DNA from: Candidatus Omnitrophota bacterium
Lineage (GTDB): Bacteria; Omnitrophota; Gorgyraeia; Gygaellales; Profunditerraquicolaceae
NCBI GenBank assembly: GCA_050012075.1
Contig: JBEKHW010000005.1
Location: 1 to 60,059 of the forward strand
Direction: 5' to 3'
DNA length: 60,059 nt
Positions within the stretch are counted from its first letter, which is position 1; every line of letters starts with the position of its first letter. Made by a program: the position numbers and the translations under genes. This document shows, in pieces, positions 27,251 through 36,229 of this stretch. The notes beneath the pieces are model-generated. The model was not told where the DNA came from and searched no databases. It saw only the letters and a list, made by a program, of their open reading frames with translations.

Positions 27251-29175
27251 ATTATCTCATCCTGCAGTTTCGTTATATCGTTATCTATAGTGGAAACCAG
27301 TTTTTCTATCTCTTTAAGTCTGCGGCCATAATCGCGGGCAGTTTCTTCATCGCGGTAAATGCGCGGGTTAGAAAGGGCCCTGGCCTTGGCATAACTCTCA
27401 AGGTTCAATTTTTCCTTTTCTTTCGTAAGGCAGGTAACCTTTTCATTAATAATCTTATTGTGGGCCTTGCGCTTTCTGGTTTCTTCTTTACTCTTCCTCT
27501 CCTCTTCTTTAGCCCTTGCCCTTTCTTCCTGGGCTCTTAATTTCTCGGGGTCAGGTGCCTGCTTTTTTTGCTCGGTAATTTCCTGAAGCGTCTCTCTCTT
27601 TTCAAGATAATAATCGAAGCTCTCCGGGAATTTGCGTATTCTTCCGTTCTTTACCTCATAGACGGTATTGGCAATGGAACGCACAAAATAGATATCGTGG
27701 CTTATGAATACGACCGTGCCCTGGTATTCCCTTAAGGCCTCTACCAGCGCCTCGACAGCATCTACATCAAGATGCGTGGTCGGCTCATCCAGTAAAAGAC
27801 AATTCGGGGGATTTATCAATAACTTTGCCAGGATAAGGCGGCTCTTCTCTCCTCCGGAAAGGACTTTTACCTTTTTGTCGGCATCATCTCCCGTAAATAG
27901 AAATGCCCCGAGGATTGTGCGGATGGTTTCTTCAGGCATATAGCCTGGAGCGGCGGTATATGCCTCTTTTAGAACCGTATTCTCCTGGTTTAATACGTCA
28001 AGCCGAGTCTGGGAAAAATACCCTGTTTCAACATTATGCCCTGCAATACGGCTGCCTTCATCAATTTCAACAACCCCTGCCAGTATTTTTAAAAGAGTGG
28101 ATTTGCCTGCGCCATTTTCACCGGCAAGGACTGCTTTTTCACCCTGCGTTATTTCGAAATTCAAACCTTTATAAACCTGTATTGAGCCGTATGCCTTTGA
28201 AATATTCTCTAATGTAATTACCTTGTGGCCGCTTCTTTTGGCTTGTGGAAAATGGAAATCCCCGATACTCTCCCGCGCTCCAGGAGGTAAAACCACTGAT
28301 TCCTTCTCTAATCTCTCCAGGGCAGTGCGCTTTGCCCTTACTGCTGCCGCCTTATTCGGCTGGGCGTGAAAACGCGACACGAATTTCTCAAGCTGCTCCC
28401 TTTTTTTCTCCTGTTCCTTAAACTGCTTTTCAAGATGGGTGCGCTTCTCCAGCTTAATCCTTTCATACTGTTCATAATTACCGTGCACTTTAAAAATAGA
28501 GCCGTTCTCAAGGACCAGGGTATAATTGGTGACTTCATTCAAAAACGCCTTATCGTGCGAAATCATGATAAATGTCCCGTCAAAAGAAGCAAGGTAATCT
28601 TTAAGCCATAAGGCAGCGCCTAAATCCAGGTAATTTGTCGGCTCATCCAGAAGCAGCAGGTCATAAGGATAAACCAGGAGCTTTGCCAGGAGTGTGCGCA
28701 TCTGCCAGCCGCCGCTTAGTGAACTAATCGGACGGTTAAAATCCTTTTCTTTAAACCCTAATCCCATAAGCACTTTTTCTGCCTTATGCTCCAGCTCAAA
28801 GAAACCCAACGCTTCCAGGGTATGCAGGATTTCTCCATAACGATGAGAGCCTGCCTCCCCTTTCTCCTCAAGTTTCTCTTTCTCTTCTTTAAGCTGCCTT
28901 ATACGGTTATCGCCCTCCGTCAACTCCGCAAGCACGCTACGCTCAGATTTGAAACTTGACTCCTGCGGAAGATGGCCTATATAAATATTCTTTAAGGCCT
29001 GGATACCCCCTGCCGAGGGCTCGGCCTCTCCAAGAATCATGGAAAAAAGCGTAGTTTTACCTGACCCATTAGGCCCGATAAGGCCGATTTTCTCCCCGCG
29101 GTTAATGGTCAAAGAGATATTTTGAAATAAGATTTTACTGCCGTAATTCTTGGAAAGGTTATTTATGGTAATCAT
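27247..29175 (-). CDS. ABC-F family ATPase
   Basis: Two ABC cassettes (GPNGSGKTT/LSGGWQ and GENGAGKST/LSGGEK), no TM domain, charged coiled-coil C-terminal tail. Confidence 0.9.
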   Translation of the reverse strand: MITINNLSKNYGSKILFQNISLTINRGEKIGLIGPNGSGKTTLFSMILGEAEPSAGGIQALKNIYIGHLPQESSFKSERSVLAELTEGDNRIRQLKEEKEKLEEKGEAGSHRYGEILHTLEALGFFELEHKAEKVLMGLGFKEKDFNRPISSLSGGWQMRTLLAKLLVYPYDLLLLDEPTNYLDLGAALWLKDYLASFDGTFIMISHDKAFLNEVTNYTLVLENGSIFKVHGNYEQYERIKLEKRTHLEKQFKEQEKKREQLEKFVSRFHAQPNKAAAVRAKRTALERLEKESVVLPPGARESIGDFHFPQAKRSGHKVITLENISKAYGSIQVYKGLNFEITQGEKAVLAGENGAGKSTLLKILAGVVEIDEGSRIAGHNVETGYFSQTRLDVLNQENTVLKEAYTAAPGYMPEETIRTILGAFLFTGDDADKKVKVLSGGEKSRLILAKLLINPPNCLLLDEPTTHLDVDAVEALVEALREYQGTVVFISHDIYFVRSIANTVYEVKNGRIRKFPESFDYYLEKRETLQEITEQKKQAPDPEKLRAQEERARAKEEERKSKEETRKRKAHNKIINEKVTCLTKEKEKLNLESYAKARALSNPRIYRDEETARDYGRRLKEIEKLVSTIDNDITKLQDEII

Positions 29176-29775
29176 TTAGATATCGCGGCGGGCCTGCATT
29201 GCTTTGGCAAGGGTCGCGGAATCAGCATATTCCAGGTTAGAGCCAACGGGCAGCCCCAGGCCTATGCGGGTCAATTTTATGCCAAGCGGCTTAATTACTT
29301 TTGTAAGGTATAACGCGGTAGTTTCTCCCTCAATGTCGGCATCGGTAGCGATGATAACTTCCGTTATATTATCCTCTTTTATCCTCTTAAGGAGGCTCTC
29401 AATTTTTAGGTCATTCGGTCCTTTGCCTTCAAGCGGAGAAATCGAGCCCATTAAAACATGATAGACACCGTCAAAATATCCTGATTTCTCTATGGCAGTG
29501 ACGTCATTGGGTTTCTCTACCACGCAGATGATATTTTTCTTCCTACGGGTATCCTGGCAGATACGGCAAAGCTCCTGTTCACTTAAATTATGGCATTTCT
29601 GGCAGAGACGCACGTTCTCTTTTACCGAGATTATCGCCTCGGAAAGCGATTTTATCTCTTCTTTCGGAGCGTCAAGAATATAACCTATGATCCTCTCCGC
29701 GCTCCTCCTGCCTATGCCGGGAAGTTTCGTGAGTAATTCGATTAATTTTTCTATTGATTCGGTATAGCTACCCAT
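29176..29775 (-). CDS. recR: recombination protein RecR
   Basis: 199 aa with HhH (LPGIGRRSAERI), a C4 zinc finger (CQKCHNL...CRIC) and a Toprim domain. Confidence 0.95.
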   Translation of the reverse strand: MGSYTESIEKLIELLTKLPGIGRRSAERIIGYILDAPKEEIKSLSEAIISVKENVRLCQKCHNLSEQELCRICQDTRRKKNIICVVEKPNDVTAIEKSGYFDGVYHVLMGSISPLEGKGPNDLKIESLLKRIKEDNITEVIIATDADIEGETTALYLTKVIKPLGIKLTRIGLGLPVGSNLEYADSATLAKAMQARRDI

Positions 29776-31340
29776 TATTCTTCATTGATTATCCTGCCGC
29801 CGAAGGCTTCCAGCGCAGATTTTATGAAAGGGTCATCTTTATTATCTTTTGATGATACTTCATGGGAAAGGATGAAATTGACCCTCAAAGATACCTTGAG
29901 TGTCTCGGCAATAATTTTTTCTATCAATTCCCTGTTTTCTTTTTTCTCAAGGGATTCTCTATGCAGGGAATGATTCTTGGCAAATGAGATAGTGAGGGTA
30001 CTGCCGTGGATCTTAACCGGCTGCCCCTCGGAGAGATAGGTGGAGACGGACATCTTTACTTTAGCCAGCTTATCAATGATAGCAAGCCACACTGCTTTTA
30101 TTTCTTCAAGGGATATGATCTTTACAGGCGGGTCATTCTCTTCCTTACGCTGTTCGGGTTCAGTTTTGTGAGAGTGCCTGGTTACTTCTTCCTTGGGCGC
30201 AGGCGCTAGCTCTCCAGGCGCCGGATTTACTTTTACCGGATGAGCGCTCTCCTCTTTATTGTACGCCAGGCGCGCGAGATTAATCTCTAACGGGATACGC
30301 AGAGATTCCAGCCTCTTTGACATCTCCTGGGTATTGGAAAGGATATTAAAGGCGCTGAAGATTTCTTCCAGCGTAAATGCCTGGCTCTGGTTAAGCAGCC
30401 GCTCGCATAGCTCCTTGGGCAGGTCTATTAATTTCAAATCTGCGCCTGCGATTTTCGCGATCATCAGGTTACGGAAATGCTCAATAAGATTATTCAGGAA
30501 AACAATCGTATCTTTACCCTCATCGATTATCTGGTTAAGCATGGTAAGGGTGCCTAAGGCATCCTTATTGATTATCTTATCCGTTATTTCAAATAAGGCG
30601 TCCTGTTCGACCAGCCCAAGCATTGAAATCACGTCAGGAAGCGATATTTTGCCGCGGGAGAATGATGCCAGCTGGTCCAGGACAGATTCCGCGTCCCTTA
30701 ATGAGCCATCACTGCCTTTGGCTATGGCAAAAAGGACATCCTTATCAATATTGATCTTCTCCGCAGCCGCGATACGCTCAAGCTGCGAGGTGATTTCCAA
30801 AGTAGGTATACGTTTAAAATCAAAGCGCTGGCAGCGGGAAAGGATGGTCGGGATTACTTTGTTGGGCTGGGTAGTGGCAAAAATAAACTTAACGAATTCA
30901 GGAGGCTCCTCCAGCGTCTTAAGAAGCGCGTTAAATGCTTCATTGGTAAGCATGTGCACTTCGTCAATGATGTACATCTTGTATTTTCCCTGGGCAGGCG
31001 CGAATTTGACGTTCTCCCGCAGGACCCTGATTTCATCAATGCCGCGGTTTGAGGCGCCGTCTATTTCAATCACGTCTAAACTGCGGCCCTGGGATATCTC
31101 AAGGCATGAGGGGCACTTCTGGCAGGGCTCAGTTGTCGGGCCGTTAACACAATTAAGGGCCTTGGCCAGAATCCTGGCGGTAGAGGTTTTGCCTACGCCG
31201 CGCGGCCCTGCGAATATATACGCATTGGCAAGCCGGTTATTCTTAATTGCGTTCTTAAGGGTAGTGGCTACGTGGTTCTGGCCGATTATCTCGTCGAAAT
31301 TATTCGGCCTCCATTTTAAGGCAAGGACTGTGTAAGGCAT
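29775..31340 (-). CDS. dnaX: DNA polymerase III subunit gamma/tau
   Basis: Walker A GPRGVGKTS, zinc module CxxCxxC, SRC motif (LSRCQRF). Its stop overlaps the recR start (TAATG). Confidence 0.95.
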   Translation of the reverse strand: MPYTVLALKWRPNNFDEIIGQNHVATTLKNAIKNNRLANAYIFAGPRGVGKTSTARILAKALNCVNGPTTEPCQKCPSCLEISQGRSLDVIEIDGASNRGIDEIRVLRENVKFAPAQGKYKMYIIDEVHMLTNEAFNALLKTLEEPPEFVKFIFATTQPNKVIPTILSRCQRFDFKRIPTLEITSQLERIAAAEKINIDKDVLFAIAKGSDGSLRDAESVLDQLASFSRGKISLPDVISMLGLVEQDALFEITDKIINKDALGTLTMLNQIIDEGKDTIVFLNNLIEHFRNLMIAKIAGADLKLIDLPKELCERLLNQSQAFTLEEIFSAFNILSNTQEMSKRLESLRIPLEINLARLAYNKEESAHPVKVNPAPGELAPAPKEEVTRHSHKTEPEQRKEENDPPVKIISLEEIKAVWLAIIDKLAKVKMSVSTYLSEGQPVKIHGSTLTISFAKNHSLHRESLEKKENRELIEKIIAETLKVSLRVNFILSHEVSSKDNKDDPFIKSALEAFGGRIINEE

Positions 31341-31352
31341 ATTTTATGTTGT

Positions 31353-31470
31353 GGTACGGCGGCGGAGCCAGAGGCTCCGACATCCGCCAGCTTTTTCAAG
31401 AGAAAAATATTTTAAGGTACGGCGTCGGAGCCAGAGGCTCCGACATCCGCCAGCTTTTTCAAGAGAAAAA
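31353..31470. repeat. tandem duplication (2 x 55 nt, period 63) abutting the tRNA-Ser(GCU) 3' end; repeat family 3
   Basis: GGTACGGCGNCGGAGCCAGAGGCTCCGACATCCGCCAGCTTTTTCAAGAGAAAAA occurs twice. A partial, circularly permuted copy is at 36063..36102. Confidence 0.85.
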
Positions 31471-31472
31471 GC

Positions 31473-31566
31473 TGGCGGAGAGGCTGGGATTTGAACCCAG
31501 GAACCCAGTTTTGACCAGGTTAACTCATTAGCAGTGAGTTGCTTTCGACCGCTCAGCCACCTCTCC
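31473..31566 (-). tRNA. tRNA-Ser(GCU)
   Basis: Reverse complement GGAGAGGTGGCTGAGCGGTCGAAAGC...ACTCA-CTGCTAA-TGAGT, long variable arm, T arm CTGGGTTCAAATCCCAG, CTCTCCGCCA. Confidence 0.9.
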
Positions 31567-31835
31567 AAGGTCGTTCACTATAGCTTATACAATATTATCA
31601 AGTAAACAAATAATGCTTGTTGCTGTATTTATTGCTAATCTTGGAGTCCTTTGACGTTCACTCCTTAGGAGGGGGCAAGCCCCCTCCTAACGCTTGCGAG
31701 ATTCCCTAATTTACAGGACGCTGTTCTCCCCCAAACGCGGGGGACATCGCTTTTACCCCGCGCCCCCTTTATGTTTTTGGCAATACGTAAATCTTATGTC
31801 CGCTTTCAGCGGACAATTGCCAAAACCATTCTTCC

Positions 31836-32306
31836 CTACCCCTTCTTAACCCTCTTCTTCCTAAAAAACTCTTTTAGCAAAGAACTGCATTCTTCGGCTA
31901 AGATGCCGTTTTTGACTCTAATTCGATGATTTAATTTTTTATTATTGGTGATATTGATTACCGAACCGCAGGCGCCGGTTTTAGGGTCGCAGGCGCCGAA
32001 ATATAAATGTTTAATACGGCTAAGCACAAGCGCCCCTGCGCACATACTGCATGGTTCAATTGTAACATACATGGAGGCGCCGTTCAACCACTTTGTCCCG
32101 AGGTAATTTGCGGCGGCGGTTAAAGCGAGCATCTCTGCGTGGGCAGTGGGGTCTTTGAGGCACTCTACCTGATTATACCCACGGGCAATAATTCTTCTTT
32201 TATGGACAATAATGCAACCTACCGGGACTTCATCTATATTGGCGGCTTTACCTGCTTCTTTCAAGGCCTCGCGCATATAAATTTCGTCAATCTTGCCCAT
32301 TAGCAT
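31836..32306 (-). CDS. tadA: tRNA adenosine(34) deaminase
   Basis: HAEMLAL and PCSMCAGAL zinc motifs; 156 aa. Confidence 0.9.
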   Translation of the reverse strand: MLMGKIDEIYMREALKEAGKAANIDEVPVGCIIVHKRRIIARGYNQVECLKDPTAHAEMLALTAAANYLGTKWLNGASMYVTIEPCSMCAGALVLSRIKHLYFGACDPKTGACGSVINITNNKKLNHRIRVKNGILAEECSSLLKEFFRKKRVKKG

Positions 32307-32443
32307 AGAACCCTGGATTCCGATAAATTTTCCCCTGGAAGGGCGGAATTAGTGCGCCTGGCTGGATTTTCCCGCCAGGCCATCTACATAGCAGGCGGGA
32401 TCCCGCCCTAATTTCTATTAGCTTGGCGGGAGAACCAGCATAA

Positions 32444-32517
32444 TGCGCCTGGGAGGATTTGAACCTCCAACAACCAGCTCCGTAGGCTGATGCTCTATCC
32501 AGTTGAGCTACAGGCGC
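32444..32517 (-). tRNA. tRNA-Arg(ACG)
   Basis: Reverse complement GCGCCTGTAGCTCAACTGGATAGAGCA-TCAGC-CTACGGA-GCTGG-TTGTT-GGAGGTTCAAATCCTCC-CAGGCGCA. CCA is not encoded. Confidence 0.9.
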
Positions 32518-32637
32518 AAAGTTTATCTGGATGTACCCGCCATGTCCTCTGCGTATAGATTTACGCAGTAAATCTGGAGGGAAAACAGGCGCCATCCAAC
32601 AATGTATTGGAGAATGGCGATGGACTGCGGAATAAAA

Positions 32638-32940
32638 TTACAAGACAATAAAATTAAGAAAACGGATTATATACTGGCAGGCATTAAAATCCATTGCGCA
32701 AAGTATAACCATAACAATACCTGCCCCTACATGATAATGCTTCATAAAATCATCGATTATACTTATATTCTCTTCCAAAATGCCGTACGTGGGGCCCTTA
32801 AACAGCTTGGATTCTGTTTTTGTTTCTATTTTAGTATAAGCGGGTAAAGAGAAAGCAAATATGGCGCTTATAATCATGGAAACCAGATAAATCCCGTAAA
32901 GAGTCAGGTGCAAACATTTATCAATTAAAATAATTATCAT
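32638..32940 (-). CDS. small membrane hypothetical protein
   Basis: 100-aa hydrophobic ORF. Confidence 0.4.
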   Translation of the reverse strand: MIIILIDKCLHLTLYGIYLVSMIISAIFAFSLPAYTKIETKTESKLFKGPTYGILEENISIIDDFMKHYHVGAGIVMVILCAMDFNACQYIIRFLNFIVL

Positions 32941-33026
32941 ATCCTAGCCTCCAACCTATTAAGCAATCCTGTCTTTGCCCCCTATTATACTTTAAAGCCG
33001 GCATACTTCAATGATATTATAGGCCT

Positions 33027-34349
33027 TTATTTAACTTTCAATTCCGCAAGGACAGCTGTAGGGTTTTCCGCGTAATCCTGGCAAATCTTGGTTACTTTCT
33101 CAAACTCGTAAACACCAAGTTCAACGATCTTATCTATTACTTTTGCCCTTATCTTTATTTCCTCCATTATTCCCTTGGGCGTCCTGCCGCTTACGCCGGC
33201 AATCCTGTCCCGGTAAATACTGCTGACCATTGACTCGCGAAACTGCGAGGATGCCAAATCATAATCCCACAGGGAAGAAAGCAGGACGTTTTTCTGTTCC
33301 ATCCCACCTACTTCCACAAGCTCTCCGACAACTCTTTTCAGCTTACCGGAAATGCTCCAGCGCCGCATAATCACAACCACATCTATCAAGCTTACTAGAA
33401 CCGAAGGGACATTCATCGGCTCATTTTCCAGGCGTAATATTGCCTCCCGGGCAGTAGAGGCATGTAGTGTCCCCATGCAGTATTTACCTATGTTCATCGC
33501 GGTCATTAAATCCTGGGCTTCTTTACCCCTTACTTCTCCCACTATTACCCTGTCCGGGCGCATACGCAGTGAATTTTTTACGAGGTCGGCTAAACTTACC
33601 TCCTCATCGCTTTCCAGGCGGGAACAGTTTTCTACCTGGTTTGTATTAAGCTCCAGTGTATCTTCAATCACGACCAGGCGGTCCTTACGCGGAATAAAAC
33701 TTAAAAGCGCGTTTAAAAGCGTGGTCTTGCCTGCGCCCGGGCCACCGGCAATAATGATATTTGCCGGTTTTACTCCAAGCCCCTCAACGTACAGCCAGAA
33801 TTGCGCTGCGATTTCAGGGGGCAGCGTCTGATTTTTAATTAACTCGGTAATACTTATCGGCTTTTCTTTTGCGCGGGTGATGGTTATCTGCGGGCCAAAA
33901 GGAGAATAGGCGATATTTACCCTGCCTTTTATATTGGAAAGCTCCACATTATTGATCTTCTTTATCTCCTGCCTGCCGGAAAATATGATGAGCTTACGTA
34001 TGAATAAATCCAGCTCTTCGCGCGTGGGAAAACTCTTATCGGTCTTAATCAGCCCGCCCTTGGTCTTATGGACGTATATGGGCAGGAGCGAATTGATCAT
34101 TATGTCTTCTACTTCCGGCTCGCTCAGGAAATCCTCGATTATGCCGTATGACATGAATTCATTGAAGAACCCTTCTACTTCAATACCCCTGTTCTTTTTG
34201 ATAAACTTGTTGAAACGGGGGGAATTATAGACGGAAAGGAACGCTTCAAAGATAACGTCGCGCTTACGATCAAAATCCTGCAGCAGGAATATCTTGCCGC
34301 TTAACTTATCCAGGATCTCGTTTTCAAACTCTATTCTCTCTCTATCCAT
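33027..34349 (-). CDS. type II/IV secretion system family ATPase (CpaF/VirB11-like)
   Basis: Walker A GGPGAGKTT, Asp box VIEDTLEL, Walker B RPDRVIVGEVRG, His box GTLHAS. Confidence 0.85.
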   Translation of the reverse strand: MDRERIEFENEILDKLSGKIFLLQDFDRKRDVIFEAFLSVYNSPRFNKFIKKNRGIEVEGFFNEFMSYGIIEDFLSEPEVEDIMINSLLPIYVHKTKGGLIKTDKSFPTREELDLFIRKLIIFSGRQEIKKINNVELSNIKGRVNIAYSPFGPQITITRAKEKPISITELIKNQTLPPEIAAQFWLYVEGLGVKPANIIIAGGPGAGKTTLLNALLSFIPRKDRLVVIEDTLELNTNQVENCSRLESDEEVSLADLVKNSLRMRPDRVIVGEVRGKEAQDLMTAMNIGKYCMGTLHASTAREAILRLENEPMNVPSVLVSLIDVVVIMRRWSISGKLKRVVGELVEVGGMEQKNVLLSSLWDYDLASSQFRESMVSSIYRDRIAGVSGRTPKGIMEEIKIRAKVIDKIVELGVYEFEKVTKICQDYAENPTAVLAELKVK

Positions 34350-34534
34350 AATCTAGCGGCTCCTTTTCTGGCTCAACCGAGATTAGCTGACTCTCTACCC
34401 CGTCACTATTATATTTATATGTTATGGGAGCGGGAAGGAATTGTCAAGATAATATGCTGCGACCGTTTGAAATCAGCTTCCTTTCCAAAACAATTTTACC
34501 ACAGATTATTGATAAAGGTAAGATTATCTTATAC

Positions 34535-35707
34535 CTATCTCTTTCTGCTGCTTGCCCTAAGGATTGAATCAGACCCGAACTTGCTACGGATAATAGCCAC
34601 TGTCTTACTCAATTTCTCTTTTCGGGCATCATTCTTATCCGGAAATAAGCTTATTTCATCAGCGCAGTAAAGATTAGAGGCCCTGACACCCACAAGCCTT
34701 ACCTTTCGTTCCGCGGCGCTGAACTCGGAAAAAAGTTCCCTGACTGTTTTGATCAAGGCTTCCGCAAAGTTAGTCTGCTCATCCAGGGTAAGCGACCTTG
34801 TGTGTGTTTCAAAATTTTCGAACCTTATCTTCAGCGTGACGGTCCTACATTTAAAGCTCTCTGCTCTCAACCTGTCCGATACCTGCTCGCACAAATAGGA
34901 CAATTCAGCCAGAATGAGCTTTGTGTCAGCCGTATCCTTTTCAAAAGTAATCTCATTGCTTATGGATTTGACTTCTCTTTCGGTGCTAACCTCGCTCGTA
35001 TCGATACCCTGGGACATTTCCCAAAGCCATTCCCCGTTTTTCCCTAGAAGCCCTTTTAGCTCTTTCCTGCTTCTTTTCGCCAGATCCCCTATGGTTATAA
35101 TACCAAAGCCGTTTAAGAGTGTTTTGGTTTTTTTGCCCACACCCCAAAGCTTTTCCACATCAAGCGGATGTAAAAAACTAAGCACCTTTTCCTTTTTAAC
35201 CTCAAGCAGTCCGTCGGGCTTGCTTAATCCTGAAGCAATCTTTGCGGCCATTTTTGTGGGCGCAAGGCCCACCGAGGCAGTAAGCCCGGCCTCTTTCTTG
35301 ATACGGTCTTTTATTGCCCGGCAGGCATCCAAAGGCGAACCGAATAATGAATAGGTATCGCTCATATCAAGAAAAGCCTCATCGATACTTACCTGCTCCA
35401 CACAGGGAGTAAAGTATCCGAGGATTTCGAAGATTTGGCTAGAGACGCGGCTGTATTTCTCCATATCCACAGGAAGAAAAATCGCGCTGGGGCATTGCCT
35501 GTACGCGATTGAAATGGGCATTGCCGAATGTACGCCCCATTTCCTAGCTTCATAAGAGCAGGTCGAGACAACACCGCGGCCGTGGCCGCTTTTGGGGTCG
35601 GAGCCGACGATTACCGGCTTTCCCAGGTAAGTAGGATTATCCCTTTGCTCTACCGACGCAAAGAACGCATCCATATCCACATGGACTATATATCTTTCTT
35701 TTTCCAT
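34535..35707 (-). CDS. dinB: DNA polymerase IV
   Basis: IVHVDMDAFFASVEQRD N-terminus and Y-family palm/little-finger layout; 390 aa. Confidence 0.93.
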   Translation of the reverse strand: MEKERYIVHVDMDAFFASVEQRDNPTYLGKPVIVGSDPKSGHGRGVVSTCSYEARKWGVHSAMPISIAYRQCPSAIFLPVDMEKYSRVSSQIFEILGYFTPCVEQVSIDEAFLDMSDTYSLFGSPLDACRAIKDRIKKEAGLTASVGLAPTKMAAKIASGLSKPDGLLEVKKEKVLSFLHPLDVEKLWGVGKKTKTLLNGFGIITIGDLAKRSRKELKGLLGKNGEWLWEMSQGIDTSEVSTEREVKSISNEITFEKDTADTKLILAELSYLCEQVSDRLRAESFKCRTVTLKIRFENFETHTRSLTLDEQTNFAEALIKTVRELFSEFSAAERKVRLVGVRASNLYCADEISLFPDKNDARKEKLSKTVAIIRSKFGSDSILRASSRKR

Positions 35708-35929
35708 AGATAAAAATAGGGGCGGTTCTAATTTTTAGTTTTAGAAACGCCCCTCCTTTCGTAAGGATAGAATGTGCGGGCAGGGATTACGAACCCGTCG
35801 TCGCTTCGCTCCTCTTTCGTTCTGGCTGTTGAACTCTCAGCGAACCATGCACTCCGCTCGCTGCTCGGCTTGGCGCCTCGCTACGCTCGCTTGAGTGCCG
35901 TTTGCTTTCCCCTTGGTGGGAAAAGCAAA

Positions 35930-36014
35930 CGGAGAGGCAGGGATTCGAACCCTGGTACCCTTGCAGGTAACGCGCTCTCCAAGCGCGCGCTTTCAACCGC
36001 TCAGCCACCTCTCC
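35930..36014 (-). tRNA. tRNA-Ser(GGA)
   Basis: Reverse complement GGAGAGGTGGCTGAGCGGTTGAAAGC-G-CGCGC-TTGGAGA-GCGCG, long variable arm, AGGGTTCGAATCCCT, GCCTCTCCG. CCA is not encoded. Confidence 0.9.
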
Positions 36015-36185
36015 AGGACTTTAATTATGATAAGAACAGAAGTAAAGTTTTATGGTGTGGGGCATCCGCCATGTTTTTCAAGAGAAAAACTTATTGTGGT
36101 ACTAGCACCGAAACACATTAAAATAAAAGCTGCCGCTGGCGTATTGCTTTTATTTTACTCCGAGCTATGCGAGGAGCAAGGTGCC

Positions 36186-36229
36186 GCTGTTTTCGAGACA
36201 GCCACATTCAACCGCTCTGCCAACTCTCC
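36186..36229 (-). pseudogene. tRNA-Ser(CGA)-like 5' half (acceptor 5' strand, D arm, complete anticodon arm) with no variable arm, T arm or acceptor 3' strand
   Basis: Reverse complement GGAGAGT-TG-GCA-GAGCGGTTGAA-TGT-G-GCTGT-CTCGAAA-ACAGC, followed by the family 2 hairpins rather than a T arm. Confidence 0.7.

Noticed and set aside
29925-29950. dnaX programmed frameshift site (A AAA AAG)
   Set aside because: The A-run (GAG AAA AAA GAA) is in the wrong register. It also lies near the extreme C-terminus, not at the tau/gamma boundary.
30259-31335. 358-aa plus-strand ORF
   Set aside because: It lies entirely antisense to dnaX, which has unmistakable motifs. Ser/Leu/Arg-rich shadow-frame composition.
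31353-31470. Possible CRISPR array
   Set aside because: There are only two directly adjoining copies with an 8-nt gap, no spacers and no cas genes.
31344-31568. 74-aa and 61-aa ORFs on opposite strands
   Set aside because: They are composed of the tandem repeat plus tRNA-Ser(GCU). Their internally duplicated peptides simply mirror the DNA repeat.
31567-31835. SRP (4.5S) RNA upstream of dnaX
   Set aside because: Long hairpins are present (TTAGGAGGGGG-CAAG-type, TTTTGGCAAT...ATTGCCAAAA). The conserved GGUCCGGAAGGAAGCAGCC-type domain IV motif is absent on both strands. The hairpin next to tadA looks like its terminator.
32287-32595. 102-aa ORF
   Set aside because: It reads straight through tRNA-Arg(ACG) and the hairpin spacer.
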